Positions 31,569-42,518 are shown, numbered from the stretch's first letter. The stretch: DNA of 60,981 nucleotides from an uncultured Gallionellaceae bacterium (GCA_903876625.1 CAIRAO010000330.1:1-60981), one strand, 5' to 3'. The notes: generated by a model from the letters alone, not told the origin. Numbers and translations are program-made.

Positions 31569-32077
31569 TCAACCAACTGCAAACTGCTTTCGCGCTCAGA
31601 CCAATCGCCAGCACTGTCTTGCACCATTTCTTTTATCTTTACTTCGGTGTCTGAAACCGAAATTACCTGCCCGAAATTCATACCAACGTAATTTCCTATC
31701 TTGATGCGATGAAGTTTTCCATCTGTAGACCGGATAACGCCATAGCCAACGTTTGCCTGTTGCAGGTAGCCAACCATTTTCAAGCTTTCAAGAGGGAAGT
31801 CTTCCAACTCTTCCTTTGGCCGATCCAGATTGGGTTGATTTTGACCGGAACGATTTGAATTTCTAGCTTCAGCCTTGCGCGGTTTAAACGGGTCTGGTAT
31901 TGCCGTTGAGTTGTCGTAGCTAAAAGGCTCATAAGGCTTGATTTCCGGCGGAGGCGCCACTTTGCCACGCATGTCTGCACCCGAGTCTCTTACAAAATCT
32001 TTCAGATCCTGGAACTCCTCACCACCGCAGCCAACAAGTGCCAGGGTTGCAATCAGCATTACCGACGCGCCTCTCAT
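31565..32077 (-). CDS. pilP: Type IV pilus assembly lipoprotein PilP
   Basis: Lipobox LALVGC. Position between pilO and pilQ with 4-nt overlaps. Confidence 0.85.
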   Translation of the reverse strand: MRGASVMLIATLALVGCGGEEFQDLKDFVRDSGADMRGKVAPPPEIKPYEPFSYDNSTAIPDPFKPRKAEARNSNRSGQNQPNLDRPKEELEDFPLESLKMVGYLQQANVGYGVIRSTDGKLHRIKIGNYVGMNFGQVISVSDTEVKIKEMVQDSAGDWSERESSLQLVE

Positions 32078-32697
32078 TTCTTTGCTCCTGGTTTCGCTGC
32101 CTTTTTCAGTGCAGCCAACTCATCATCGTCAAGATAGCGGTAAGTTTTTGCAGTCGCATCCATACTCAATCCGCCCGCGACTGGCGCAATAGTTATATCA
32201 TTTAAAGTGACGATACGGGGCAATTGTGAAATATCGCTGGTGAACTTGCCCAAGTCATCATAATTTCCAGTAACACGAATCGCAATAGGTTGCTCGGTAA
32301 ACACGCCCGTTGCCGCTTCCGCGCTCGGCCTGAAAAGATCGAATTGCAATCCGCGCCCCAGTCCGGCTTGATTAATATCCGTCAACAACGCATCCATTTC
32401 AGATTTACTCGGCAACTGTTTAAGCAACGCGCCAAAAGACTGCTGCGTTTCAATCAATTGCTTCTTGATGATATCTAAATTGATCGCTTCTTTCTTTTTA
32501 GTCAAGAATGTCTCTCTCAACTTTGATTCTTCTTCCTTGGCTGTTTTATAGGTGGACCACTGCCCTTGCCAGTCAGCTATCGCTCCCAATACCAGAACTC
32601 CAAGAAAAATTGCAATGAAAGCGCTAATCTTGATTAGCCAAGGCCAATTACCGGGAGTTTTTGGATCAACGTTTTTTAATTCTTCCAGCAGATTCAT
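32074..32697 (-). CDS. pilO: Type IV pilus assembly protein PilO
   Basis: Single N-terminal TM, coiled coil and a ferredoxin-like C-domain. Operon position. Confidence 0.85.
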   Translation of the reverse strand: MNLLEELKNVDPKTPGNWPWLIKISAFIAIFLGVLVLGAIADWQGQWSTYKTAKEEESKLRETFLTKKKEAINLDIIKKQLIETQQSFGALLKQLPSKSEMDALLTDINQAGLGRGLQFDLFRPSAEAATGVFTEQPIAIRVTGNYDDLGKFTSDISQLPRIVTLNDITIAPVAGGLSMDATAKTYRYLDDDELAALKKAAKPGAKK

Positions 32698-32705
32698 TGC
32701 TATCC

Positions 32706-33296
32706 CTAACCTTTCGAGCCGACTTGCTTGGTCGTTGCCGGAACTGCAACGGCCTCCAGCTTTGTCATGTAAAAGTTTAATGAGAACTCGCTCAGCCGTG
32801 CACCGGCAGCTGAAGAAGCATGAATTTCTATCAACGTGGGTGAATTTATCCAGGGCGAATCTTCAATTGAACGCATCAAAGTTGAAACTCGTGCATTCGA
32901 TTGAGCCAATCCAACAATGCTGATTTTATCGCCAGTTTGTTTTAGACTTTTCAGATAAACGCCATCCGGAAGTATACGAAGTATTTGATCCAGCAGATGA
33001 ACAACGCTAGAGCGGGTACTTTGCAGATTCTCTACCACATTTTTGCGCGCCAACAAAGATTGTGTTTGCTCACGCAGTTTTTTGATTTCTGCAATCTCCT
33101 TGTCCAAAACACCAATTTGCTGTTTCAGGTAATCATTTCGGCGTGATTGATAAGAAATTTGCGTATCGATAGCAACATGCACAAAGCCGATAATCACAAT
33201 ACCCGCGATCAAAGAGATTCCGCTTAGAATTGCAAATTGTATTTGTTTTGCGCGTCGTTTTTCAGCACGATGCGGAAGTAAATTTATACGTATCAT
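32706..33296 (-). CDS. pilN: Type IV pilus assembly protein PilN
   Basis: Hallmark MIRINLLPHR N-terminus. Start moved to the ATG at 33294-33296, which forms an ATGA overlap with the pilM stop. Confidence 0.85.
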   Translation of the reverse strand: MIRINLLPHRAEKRRAKQIQFAILSGISLIAGIVIIGFVHVAIDTQISYQSRRNDYLKQQIGVLDKEIAEIKKLREQTQSLLARKNVVENLQSTRSSVVHLLDQILRILPDGVYLKSLKQTGDKISIVGLAQSNARVSTLMRSIEDSPWINSPTLIEIHASSAAGARLSEFSLNFYMTKLEAVAVPATTKQVGSKG

Positions 33297-34393
33297 GATG
33301 GATCGAATCTCCGCATTGCCAAACCGCAAGCAATCATCAAGGCAGGTGCATCCGTTTGAAGTTGTCTGGGCTTGATCCGGCTTGACAAACTCATCTGGGC
33401 AAAGGGATTGGCCACCAAAGTGCTGACTTGTGTTCGCGTTGCAACCGCATCATCCAACCCGGATATAGACGCGCATCCGCCTGCCAAAACGATATAGTTA
33501 ACTTCATTGTACTGGGTTGAAGTAAAGAAAAATTGCAGAGCCCGTGTGATTTCCGTTGCCACGCTCTCCCGGAATGGAAGAAGCACATCATTTTCGTAAT
33601 TATCCGGTAATCCGCCATTTCTCTTGGCAGCTTCAGCATCATCCGCAGACAAACCAAAAGTGTTTTGGATCATTTGGGTCAATTGCACACCGCCGATTTG
33701 CTGATCCCGGGTATAGACCGATTGATCATTCCGCATCACATTTACATTCATCACGGTTGCGCCGATATCGATCAATGCAACGCACTGATCAACCCCTCCT
33801 CCGGGTAACTGGGATCGAACCTGTTCAAAGGCAGCCTCGGCTGCGTAGGGCTCCACATCAACTATGATTGTTTTAAGTCCTGCAACTTGTGCCGCAGCAA
33901 CGCGGTCTTCCACATTTGCTTTTCGTGATGCCGCCAGTAGAACTTCTACTTCCTCGGGACTGGCAATGGACGGGCCGATAACTTGAAAATCCAGATTCAC
34001 TTCTTCAAGGGCAAAGGGTATGTATTGATTGGCTTCAGCCTCGACTTGAAGCTCCAGATCCTCATCTCGCAATCCGCTCGGCAATAATATTTTTTTACTG
34101 ATCACAGCTGCAGCAGGCAAGGCCAGACTGATATTTTTGATACGTGTACCCATGCGCTTCCAGGCACGGCGCATTGCGTCTGAAACCGCATCAAGATTGT
34201 TGATGTTGCCATCACTCACTGCATCTTGAGGCAGCGCTTCAATCGTATAGCGTTCAATAATATAACCGGCCTTCTTGGGTGCCTCGCTTAACTCAACCAT
34301 TTTGATTGAGGACGAACTGATATCCACCCCGATCAAAGGGGGTGTCGAGGTGCTTAAGAAATCCAATGGGATATCAAAATTTCCTTTAATCAT
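33293..34393 (-). CDS. pilM: Type IV pilus assembly ATPase-fold protein PilM
   Basis: Actin/FtsA-like fold. IGVDISSSSIKMVEL N-terminal motif. Confidence 0.9.
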   Translation of the reverse strand: MIKGNFDIPLDFLSTSTPPLIGVDISSSSIKMVELSEAPKKAGYIIERYTIEALPQDAVSDGNINNLDAVSDAMRRAWKRMGTRIKNISLALPAAAVISKKILLPSGLRDEDLELQVEAEANQYIPFALEEVNLDFQVIGPSIASPEEVEVLLAASRKANVEDRVAAAQVAGLKTIIVDVEPYAAEAAFEQVRSQLPGGGVDQCVALIDIGATVMNVNVMRNDQSVYTRDQQIGGVQLTQMIQNTFGLSADDAEAAKRNGGLPDNYENDVLLPFRESVATEITRALQFFFTSTQYNEVNYIVLAGGCASISGLDDAVATRTQVSTLVANPFAQMSLSSRIKPRQLQTDAPALMIACGLAMRRFDPS

Positions 34394-34533
34394 AGGCCAG
34401 TTAGAGATTTTCCGTACAAAGTGGTTTAAATCCTAGCAATAACATCCAACGCTGTAAAGTATTTTTTTTATAGCCCTTATTTCCGGGAGCCAGAATCGAT
34501 ATAATGAAATATGTCAATTTTTAACATTTAAAC

Positions 34534-36843
34534 ATGACTTCAAGATGGTGGTTTCTCCCGGCACTCACGTTTTTCGCTTTGCCGATTTTGCTTGTTTTGC
34601 TGCTTGTCTTTGCTGCGGTATTGACCTATCCGACCTTGCCTTCATTGGAGTCCCTCACTGTTTATCACCCAAAAGTTCCTTTGCGTGTATTCAGTGCCGA
34701 AGGGTTGCTGATTGGCGAATTTGGTGAAGAGCGTCGCGAACTTGTCAATATAAGTGACGTGCCGGATTTGATGAAAAAAGCGATTCTGGCAGCCGAAGAC
34801 GATCGTTTTTATGAGCACGGAGGCGTCGATTATGTCGGCGCGGTGCGTGCGGCGTTATCCAATATTGCCTCCGGAAGCAAGCGTCAGGGGTCTTCCACGA
34901 TTACAATGCAGGTAGCGCGTAATTTCTTTCTTTCATCCGAAAAGGCATGGACACGCAAGTTTAACGAAGTGTTGCTGGCATTCAAGATCGAACACAATCT
35001 GAGCAAAGATGAAATATTGCAGCTTTACATCAATCAGATTTATTTGGGTCAACGCGCATATGGTTTTGCTGCCGCCTCACTCGTCTATTACGGAAAGCCT
35101 CTAAATCAACTTACCATTGCAGAAACGGCGATGCTTGCCGGTCTACCCAAGGCGCCTTCCTCTTACAACCCTGTAGTAAACCCTAAACGCGCCAAATTGC
35201 GCCAATTGTATGTTCTGCGTCGTATGCATGACCTGGGTTATATCAATACCGTGGAATTCGATGCAGCCCAACTCGCACCCTTGGTGACAAAAAGAGGGAG
35301 TCAGGAATTCGTTGTTAAAGCGGATTTTCTTGCAGAAATGGTTAGACAGGTAATGTATGACCGTTATCAGGAAGATGCCTACACGCAAGGTTATAACGTT
35401 TACACCACGATTCGGCAGCAAGATCAGGCTGCCGCTTACACCGCGGTTCGCAATGGCGTTCTTGAATACGACACTCGACATGGCTACAGAGGTCCAGAGG
35501 GTTATATTGATTTGCGCAACGATAAAAGTGAGGAATTTCTCGAAGATGCGTTGCAAGATGTTTCAGATAGTGATGATTTAATACCGGCAGTTGTTCTCTC
35601 TGTCAGCACCAAAGAAATAAAGGCTTACGGCAAGGGCGGGCTCTCAATAGAAATCAGCGGAGAAGGGTTACGCTTTGCCCAGCGAGCCATTGGAGACAAA
35701 CTTGCGCTAAACCAGCGTATTCGAGTTGGCTCTTTGATTCGCGCGCAAAAGAATGAGAAAGGCGTTTGGCAAATTACTCAGCTTCCTCAGGTCGAGTCGG
35801 CTTTTGTTTCAGGTAACCCGCGCAATGGAGAGATATATTCTTTAATCGGCGGATTTGATTTCAATCACAGCCAATTTAATCATGTCACCCAAGCCTGGCG
35901 TCAACCTGGGTCCGGTTTCAAACCATTTATTTATTCCGCTGCTCTTGAAAAAGGATTTACGCCGGCATCGATCATAAATGATGCACCGCTTGTTTTTGAT
36001 GCTTCCCAGACGGGCGATCAACCCTGGCAACCCAAAAATTTCGAAGACAAATTTGAGGGCCCCATGCGCATGCGCCTGGGTTTGATGAAATCCAAAAATC
36101 TGGTGTCAATTCGGATTCTGCAGGCTATCAATCCGGAATATGCACAAGACTACATTACCAAATTTGGATTTGATAAAGATAAACATCCCCCCTATCTGAC
36201 CATGGCGCTAGGTGCGGGTTCGGTCACTCCATTGCAGTTATTAACGGGGTATTCTGTATTTGCCAATGGTGGGTTCCGCATCACGCCCTTCTTCATTCAG
36301 CGCATCGAGGATGCGCAAGGAAAGGTACTCAGTCAATCAACTCCCGTTGTGGCGGGAGATGGTGCCGAACAAGTCATTGATGTCCGCAACGCTTTCACCA
36401 TGGTCAACATGATGCAGGATGTTGTTCGGCACGGCACTGCGATGCGCGCCATGACACTTGGACGACAAGATCTTGCGGGTAAAACAGGAACCACCAGCGA
36501 TTCGATGGATGCATGGTTCTGCGGTTTTCAACCGACCATTGTCGGCATTTCCTGGATTGGGTTTGATACTCCGCGTAGTTTGGGCGATAAAGAAACAGGC
36601 GGGGGTGCAGCGCTCCCTATTTGGATGAGCTATATGGAAAAAGTGCTGAAAGATACTCCGGAAGCCGTTTACACCATGCCTGACAATATGGTTGCCGCTC
36701 GTATCAATGATAACGGACTGCGCGACCCGAGTGGCGAGCATGTTGAATATTTTTACCAGGAAAACATTCCGCCCGCCGTGGGAGAATCATTACCCGGCGA
36801 AAACGGTGAACGGATAGATTCTGTAAAAGACCAGTTGTTTTAA
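34534..36843 (+). CDS. mrcA: Penicillin-binding protein 1A (bifunctional glycosyltransferase/transpeptidase)
   Basis: GT51 motif AAEDDRFYEHGG. Transpeptidase motifs SGFKP and KTGTT. Divergent from pilM, as in many proteobacteria. Confidence 0.95.
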   Translation: MTSRWWFLPALTFFALPILLVLLLVFAAVLTYPTLPSLESLTVYHPKVPLRVFSAEGLLIGEFGEERRELVNISDVPDLMKKAILAAEDDRFYEHGGVDYVGAVRAALSNIASGSKRQGSSTITMQVARNFFLSSEKAWTRKFNEVLLAFKIEHNLSKDEILQLYINQIYLGQRAYGFAAASLVYYGKPLNQLTIAETAMLAGLPKAPSSYNPVVNPKRAKLRQLYVLRRMHDLGYINTVEFDAAQLAPLVTKRGSQEFVVKADFLAEMVRQVMYDRYQEDAYTQGYNVYTTIRQQDQAAAYTAVRNGVLEYDTRHGYRGPEGYIDLRNDKSEEFLEDALQDVSDSDDLIPAVVLSVSTKEIKAYGKGGLSIEISGEGLRFAQRAIGDKLALNQRIRVGSLIRAQKNEKGVWQITQLPQVESAFVSGNPRNGEIYSLIGGFDFNHSQFNHVTQAWRQPGSGFKPFIYSAALEKGFTPASIINDAPLVFDASQTGDQPWQPKNFEDKFEGPMRMRLGLMKSKNLVSIRILQAINPEYAQDYITKFGFDKDKHPPYLTMALGAGSVTPLQLLTGYSVFANGGFRITPFFIQRIEDAQGKVLSQSTPVVAGDGAEQVIDVRNAFTMVNMMQDVVRHGTAMRAMTLGRQDLAGKTGTTSDSMDAWFCGFQPTIVGISWIGFDTPRSLGDKETGGGAALPIWMSYMEKVLKDTPEAVYTMPDNMVAARINDNGLRDPSGEHVEYFYQENIPPAVGESLPGENGERIDSVKDQLF

Positions 36844-36868
36844 TGGATAAATAGTCAGAGACACCCCT

Positions 36869-37462
36869 ATGAGTAAACCCCACCCTCAACGCCGCGATCT
36901 AATGCGCGAACAACTTGCACACCAAACTGCCCGCATCATCGCAGAGGACGGCATTGTCGATTTTGCTTTTGCAAAACGCAAAGCCGCTCGGCAACTGGGT
37001 GCCGCAGATACACAACATCTCCCAAGCAATCAGGAAATTGAAGAAGCATTACATAGCTATAGAGCTCTCTACCGGAAGGAAAACCACCCCAACATCTTGT
37101 ATCAACTGCGCGAAGAAGCCTTGGCAGCAATGCAATTGTTGGAGCTGTTTCATCCCTACCTCACCGGCTCAGTGTTGAATGGAACTGCGGGGGAAAGATC
37201 CGACATCAACCTCATGTTATTCAGTGATGATGTCAAAGCCGTTTTGTTATTTCTGCTGAAGGAAAATCTTGATTTTGATGATGGTGAATGGAAAGTGCGC
37301 ATTGGAGGACATGAAGAAAGTGTGCCGAGTTACACCCTGACCGGTGAATCAGGCACGCAGATTCATATTATCGTATTACCGGAAAATGCGCGCCATAACG
37401 GTACTCGTCATCCCGAAAGGCATGCCGATATTGCGGCAGTGGAAGCATTGTTGGCAGGTTGA
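36869..37462 (+). CDS. Conserved hypothetical protein (possible nucleotidyltransferase-fold)
   Basis: 197 aa. TGSVLNGTAGERSDINLMLF resembles the GS...D-x-D minimal NTase motif. No other recognisable signature. Confidence 0.5.
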   Translation: MSKPHPQRRDLMREQLAHQTARIIAEDGIVDFAFAKRKAARQLGAADTQHLPSNQEIEEALHSYRALYRKENHPNILYQLREEALAAMQLLELFHPYLTGSVLNGTAGERSDINLMLFSDDVKAVLLFLLKENLDFDDGEWKVRIGGHEESVPSYTLTGESGTQIHIIVLPENARHNGTRHPERHADIAAVEALLAG

Positions 37463-37501
37463 TTTAAAACTATTGCCGCCAAAAACCATGCAAACGTCAC
37501 A

Positions 37502-38557
<1,056 letters not shown>

Positions 38558-38559
38558 TT

Positions 38560-38673
38560 AGCATACAGATGATGTAAGTCATCTCCTGTTTCTCCTCCCT
38601 GAGCAGGTGTCTTAACCCCCTAATTGTTAAGACTTTGCCCCTGACCTCCCCTTTGGTTCAGGGGCATTTTTTT
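38560..38673 (+). ncRNA. Candidate small RNA with C/U-rich motifs and a strong intrinsic terminator (5' end undefined)
   Basis: Hairpin gtcttaac-N9-gttaagac (38609-38633). Terminator gcccctga-N13-tcaggggc followed by A and T7 (38637-38673). C-rich motifs CUCCUCCC (38592-99), ACCCCC (38615-20) and CCUCCCC (38645-51). No plus-strand gene upstream, and both flanking genes are on the minus strand. Confidence 0.35.
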
Positions 38674-38682
38674 GGATAAAAT

Positions 38683-38791
38683 CCAAATGCCATTGCCATA
38701 CGGCGTTGCAATTCAAAAAACCTTGCTTGCATACATGAGTATGCGGCGCGGCGATTTTTTGAATTGCGCCTTGTCTGGCTTAGGCATTTGA
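38683..38791. repeat. Imperfect nested palindromic element of about 109 bp (MITE/ERIC-like), immediately downstream of engB
   Basis: Nested arms: ccaaatgcc/ggcatttg (outer), ggcgttgcaattcaaaaaa/ttttttgaattgcgcc (38702-20 / 38755-70) and gcatac/gtatgc (38729-34 / 38739-44). Confidence 0.55.
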
Positions 38792-38807
38792 ATTTTATCG
38801 CTCCACA

Positions 38808-39407
38808 CTATTCCTGAACTGCCAACCAGCCCGCTATTACCGCTTCTGCTTCATCCGTTCCCTGTTTCTTCAAACTGGAAAATAGTTGCACTGTACAAAA
38901 GGGGAAGTGTTCTTTCAAGTAAGCCGTCACTTCGCGTAGCGTCTTGGTAGCTTGTTGCCGACTTAGTTTATCGGACTTGGTGAGCAGAATGTGCACCGGT
39001 TTGCCGGTTTCGGAGAACCATTCCAACATCTGTTCATCCAGCGGCTGCAAAGGATGACGCGAGTCCATAATAACGACCAAACCACAAAGCGCCTCACGGG
39101 TTTGCAGGTACTCATTTAGCAGCGCTTCCCAATGCTGCTGTACATCCGGCGGTACTTTGGCGTAGCCATATCCGGGCAGATCGACAATGAAATTATTATC
39201 ACCCAGGGAAAAATAATTGAGGTGCTGAGTCCGACCCGGCGTTTTACTCGTGTAGGCAAGCCGAACATGGTTGGCAAGTGTATTGATAGCGCTCGATTTG
39301 CCCGCATTGGATCGCCCCACAAATGCGACTTCCTTGCCGCCATGTAGCGGCAGGTCACGTATGTGATTGACCGTGGTGAAAAAGGCCGCTTGGGAAAATA
39401 ATCCCAT
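38808..39407 (-). CDS. engB: Ribosome-biogenesis GTPase YihA/YsxC
   Basis: G1 [10 protein letters not shown]3 DLPGYG and G4 TKSD. The start shares 1 nt with the hemL stop (TAATG). Confidence 0.9.
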   Translation of the reverse strand: MGLFSQAAFFTTVNHIRDLPLHGGKEVAFVGRSNAGKSSAINTLANHVRLAYTSKTPGRTQHLNYFSLGDNNFIVDLPGYGYAKVPPDVQQHWEALLNEYLQTREALCGLVVIMDSRHPLQPLDEQMLEWFSETGKPVHILLTKSDKLSRQQATKTLREVTAYLKEHFPFCTVQLFSSLKKQGTDEAEAVIAGWLAVQE

Positions 39408-40708
39408 TACTTCCAGGCCGCGAAGATTTTGTCAGCGGCTGAGATGGTCGCGGAGATGTCAGCATCGGAATGTGCGGCAGAAACGAAACCCGCCTCAAAC
39501 GCGGATGGTGCAAGATACACGCCTTCATTCAGCATGGCGTGAAAGAAGCGATTAAATGCCTCTTTGTCACACCGCATCACTTCGGCATAGCTGGTTGGCA
39601 GTGATTTGCTGAAATACAAACCGAACATCCCGCCAACAGATTGGGCACAAAATGCGATACCGTGCTTCTTTGCGGCTGCGGTGAGCCCTTCGGTTAATTG
39701 GGTTGCCAATTTTGACAGGCGTTCGTAGAAACCCGGTGCTTGTACTAATTTCAGGGTAGCCAAACCCGCCGCCACTGCGACCGGATTCCCTGACAGGGTT
39801 CCCGCCTGATATACCGAACCTAACGGTGCCAAGCTTTGCATGATATCGCGACGACCACCAAAAGCTGCTGCCGGCAACCCGCCGCCCATGACTTTACCCA
39901 ACGTAACCAAATCAGGTTTGATGCCGTAATAGCCCTGTGCACCTTGCAAGCTCACACGGAAACCAGTCATCACTTCGTCGATAATCAACACCGCTCCATA
40001 TTGGGTACAGAGATTCCGTAACGCTTCCAGAAATTCACGCTTGGGCGCAACCAGATTCATATTGCCTGCCACAGGTTCAACGATCACTGCGGCGATTTCT
40101 TTGCCCATTTCGGCAAACGTTTTTTCCAATCCGGCTGCATCGTTGTAATCCAGCACGGTGGTAAGCGCGGCGATTTCAGCGGGCACACCGGATGAACTGG
40201 GCTGACCAAAAGTCAACGCACCCGAGCCTGCTTTAACCAACAGACCATCCGAATGACCGTGGTAGCAACCTTCGAATTTGATGATGCGCGAACGTCCGGT
40301 AAAACCGCGTGCCAAACGAATCGCCGACATGGTTGCTTCGGTTCCAGAGCTCACCAATCGAACCATCTCGAGACTCGGCAATAATTTGCACAACAGGTTC
40401 GCCAATTCCAGTTCACTTGCTGTCGGCGCGCCGAAACCCAAGCCTTGCGCAGCCGCATCTTGTACTGCCTTCACCACATCGGGATGGCAATGACCAACGA
40501 TCATCGGTCCCCATGAGCCAACATAATCGGTATATTTTTTTCCATCGGCATCCCACACATAGGCACCCAGGCCACGTTGGAAAAACAACGGTGTGCCGCC
40601 CACCGAACGAAATGCACGCACCGGCGAATTCACGCCTCCGGGGATTACTTTCTGAGACTGTTCAAAAAGGGATTGGTTTTGGGAGGTTTTGGGATTATTA
40701 AATGTCAT
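39407..40708 (-). CDS. hemL: Glutamate-1-semialdehyde 2,1-aminomutase
   Basis: [10 protein letters not shown] motif, PLP Lys region LGKVMGGG and 433 aa length. Confidence 0.95.
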   Translation of the reverse strand: MTFNNPKTSQNQSLFEQSQKVIPGGVNSPVRAFRSVGGTPLFFQRGLGAYVWDADGKKYTDYVGSWGPMIVGHCHPDVVKAVQDAAAQGLGFGAPTASELELANLLCKLLPSLEMVRLVSSGTEATMSAIRLARGFTGRSRIIKFEGCYHGHSDGLLVKAGSGALTFGQPSSSGVPAEIAALTTVLDYNDAAGLEKTFAEMGKEIAAVIVEPVAGNMNLVAPKREFLEALRNLCTQYGAVLIIDEVMTGFRVSLQGAQGYYGIKPDLVTLGKVMGGGLPAAAFGGRRDIMQSLAPLGSVYQAGTLSGNPVAVAAGLATLKLVQAPGFYERLSKLATQLTEGLTAAAKKHGIAFCAQSVGGMFGLYFSKSLPTSYAEVMRCDKEAFNRFFHAMLNEGVYLAPSAFEAGFVSAAHSDADISATISAADKIFAAWK

Positions 40709-40711
40709 TGT

Positions 40712-41341
40712 TTATACCCTGCTAAAAAGAGTTGAAAATTCTTGTGCGCTAGTTTGAATATCCGGAGCGTTCCACAATGCCGAAATCACCGCCAACGAAT
40801 CGGCACCTGCGTTGATCAATGCTCCACCATTAATTTGAGTAATGCCACCAATGGCTACAATCGGTACATCCAGCTGCATGCGGGCCGCGCTGAGAAGTTT
40901 AATTTCTGCTTTCTTCGCAGCAGGTTTTGAGTTGGACACGAAGAACGCACCAAATGCGATGTAATCAGCACCTTGTCGCACCGCTTCATATGCAAGCCGG
41001 AGCTCATTATAGCAAGACACACCGATGATTTTATTTTCACCTAATACTGAGCGGGCCAATGAGACACTTCCATCATCGTTGCCCAAATGCACTCCGTCTG
41101 CATTCACTTGCAAGGCTAGGTGAGCATCGTCGTTGACAAGGTAAGTAACCTTAAACTCTTTGCACAGGTCGCTCAGCGCTTGTGCTTGAGTTAGTTTTAG
41201 TTCCGTCCCGGCTATTTTGTTGCGATATTGAAGTACGCGAGCACCACCTTGCAAGGCCAGCCTGACTTTACGCAACAATTCCTCCGTATTGGATTCATCC
41301 GGAGTAATTGCGTAGAGGCCACTAATCTGTTTTGTTGCCAT
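40712..41341 (-). CDS. thiE: Thiamine-phosphate synthase
   Basis: GLYAITPD N-terminus and the VHLG..D / AIGGI motifs. Start moved to ATG 41339-41341 (MATKQISGLY). Confidence 0.88.
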   Translation of the reverse strand: MATKQISGLYAITPDESNTEELLRKVRLALQGGARVLQYRNKIAGTELKLTQAQALSDLCKEFKVTYLVNDDAHLALQVNADGVHLGNDDGSVSLARSVLGENKIIGVSCYNELRLAYEAVRQGADYIAFGAFFVSNSKPAAKKAEIKLLSAARMQLDVPIVAIGGITQINGGALINAGADSLAVISALWNAPDIQTSAQEFSTLFSRV

Positions 41342-41378
41342 GACGGGAGAAGGGGAAAACGAGAAAGACAATTTACAT

Positions 41379-42221
41379 TCAGTGACGAGTTTCTTCCTCG
41401 TTCTCATCGTCGTCTTCGTCGCGTGCCCAGAACAACCGATCAGGAATGTGCTGTCCCATCCCGGCACGGAAACCATATTTCAGTGCTTCCCACGTGTATT
41501 CCTGGGCTTCGCGAACAGCGTCTTCGATGGGCAGGCCGTTGGCCAGTAACGCTGCAATGGCGGAAGCCAATGTGCAACCGGAACCGTGGTAAATACCCGG
41601 CAAGCGTGGCCAGTTGTCGCTACGCACCAGACCACGTTCACCATACAAGGTGTTAATCACCTTGGGTGTATGCTCGTGTGTACCTGTCACCAGAACATAT
41701 TCGCAACCCAATAATATGATGCGCTTTGCGCATTCGGCCAAAGCCGGGTCGTCCTGCTCGTTTTCCTCGTCCTGCACCAAACGCCGAGCCTCCATACTAT
41801 TAGGCGTAAGAATGGTTGTTTGTGGCAACAGTAACTCGCGCAAAGCATCAACCATATCTTCATTGGCCAACTCATCTCCTCGACCAGAGGCTAACACCGG
41901 ATCCAAAACCAAAGGAATATCGGGATAATCGGAAATGACTTCAGCAATGGCTGCAATATTTTCCACACTACCCAACAACCCGATCTTGAATGCTGCAACC
42001 GGCATATCTTCCAATACAGCACGTGCCTGATCGGCCACCAATTCGGCATCGATTGGCTCCACATCGTCCACGCCACTGGTATCCTGCACGGTGATTGCGG
42101 TCACAATGGAAAGAGGATGACATCCCATGCTGGCAATAGTCAGAATATCGGCCTGCAAGCCTGCTCCGCCACTTGGGTCGGTTGCCGCGAAGGTTAGAAC
42201 AATTGGCGGTGTATCAGACAT
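41379..42221 (-). CDS. thiD: Hydroxymethylpyrimidine/phosphomethylpyrimidine kinase
   Basis: DPSGGAGLQAD N-terminus and GSGCTLASAIAA motif. Unusual acidic C-terminal tail DEDDDENEEE. Confidence 0.9.
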   Translation of the reverse strand: MSDTPPIVLTFAATDPSGGAGLQADILTIASMGCHPLSIVTAITVQDTSGVDDVEPIDAELVADQARAVLEDMPVAAFKIGLLGSVENIAAIAEVISDYPDIPLVLDPVLASGRGDELANEDMVDALRELLLPQTTILTPNSMEARRLVQDEENEQDDPALAECAKRIILLGCEYVLVTGTHEHTPKVINTLYGERGLVRSDNWPRLPGIYHGSGCTLASAIAALLANGLPIEDAVREAQEYTWEALKYGFRAGMGQHIPDRLFWARDEDDDENEEETRH

Positions 42222-42338
42222 AGAAAAGTTGCTGTTAATTAATTACGGGGAGAGATAATAACCGAAAGCTACAACCGTCCTGCGGAAAAGCAGGGCGGAG
42301 GGCAATCAGGAATAGGGATTAAAACGCGCTTTAACTAA

Positions 42339-42518
42339 TTATTTTTTGACCATGTCACAAGGCGAATCCATGATGCTGCCTGCACCGTATCCGACCAACG
42401 AGATCGCCAAAGCCATCAAGATAACGCCACCGGCATTTACACCCACGAAGAAAGCAGTGAAATTCAATATTGCACCGACAGCAATTAGAATGGTGCCGAG
42501 TTTTACTTTCTTTTCCAT
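42339..42518 (-). CDS. Small (59 aa) two-TM membrane protein, absent from the ORF track because it is under 60 aa
   Basis: MEKKVKLGTILIAVGAILNFTAFFVGVNAGGVILMALAISLVGYGAGSIMDSPCDMVKK. SD GGGAGA lies 6 nt upstream of the ATG at 42516-42518. A hairpin at 42275-42298 lies downstream. The two overlapping track ORFs are not protein-like. Confidence 0.45.
   Translation of the reverse strand: MEKKVKLGTILIAVGAILNFTAFFVGVNAGGVILMALAISLVGYGAGSIMDSPCDMVKK

Noticed and set aside
42222-42338. I searched the region upstream of thiD for a TPP (THI-box) riboswitch.
   Set aside because: Neither the CUGAGA nor the ACCUGAUCUGGAUAAUGCCAGCG-type conserved elements occur on either strand. The only structure is a hairpin (42275-98), which is best explained as the terminator of the small membrane-protein gene.
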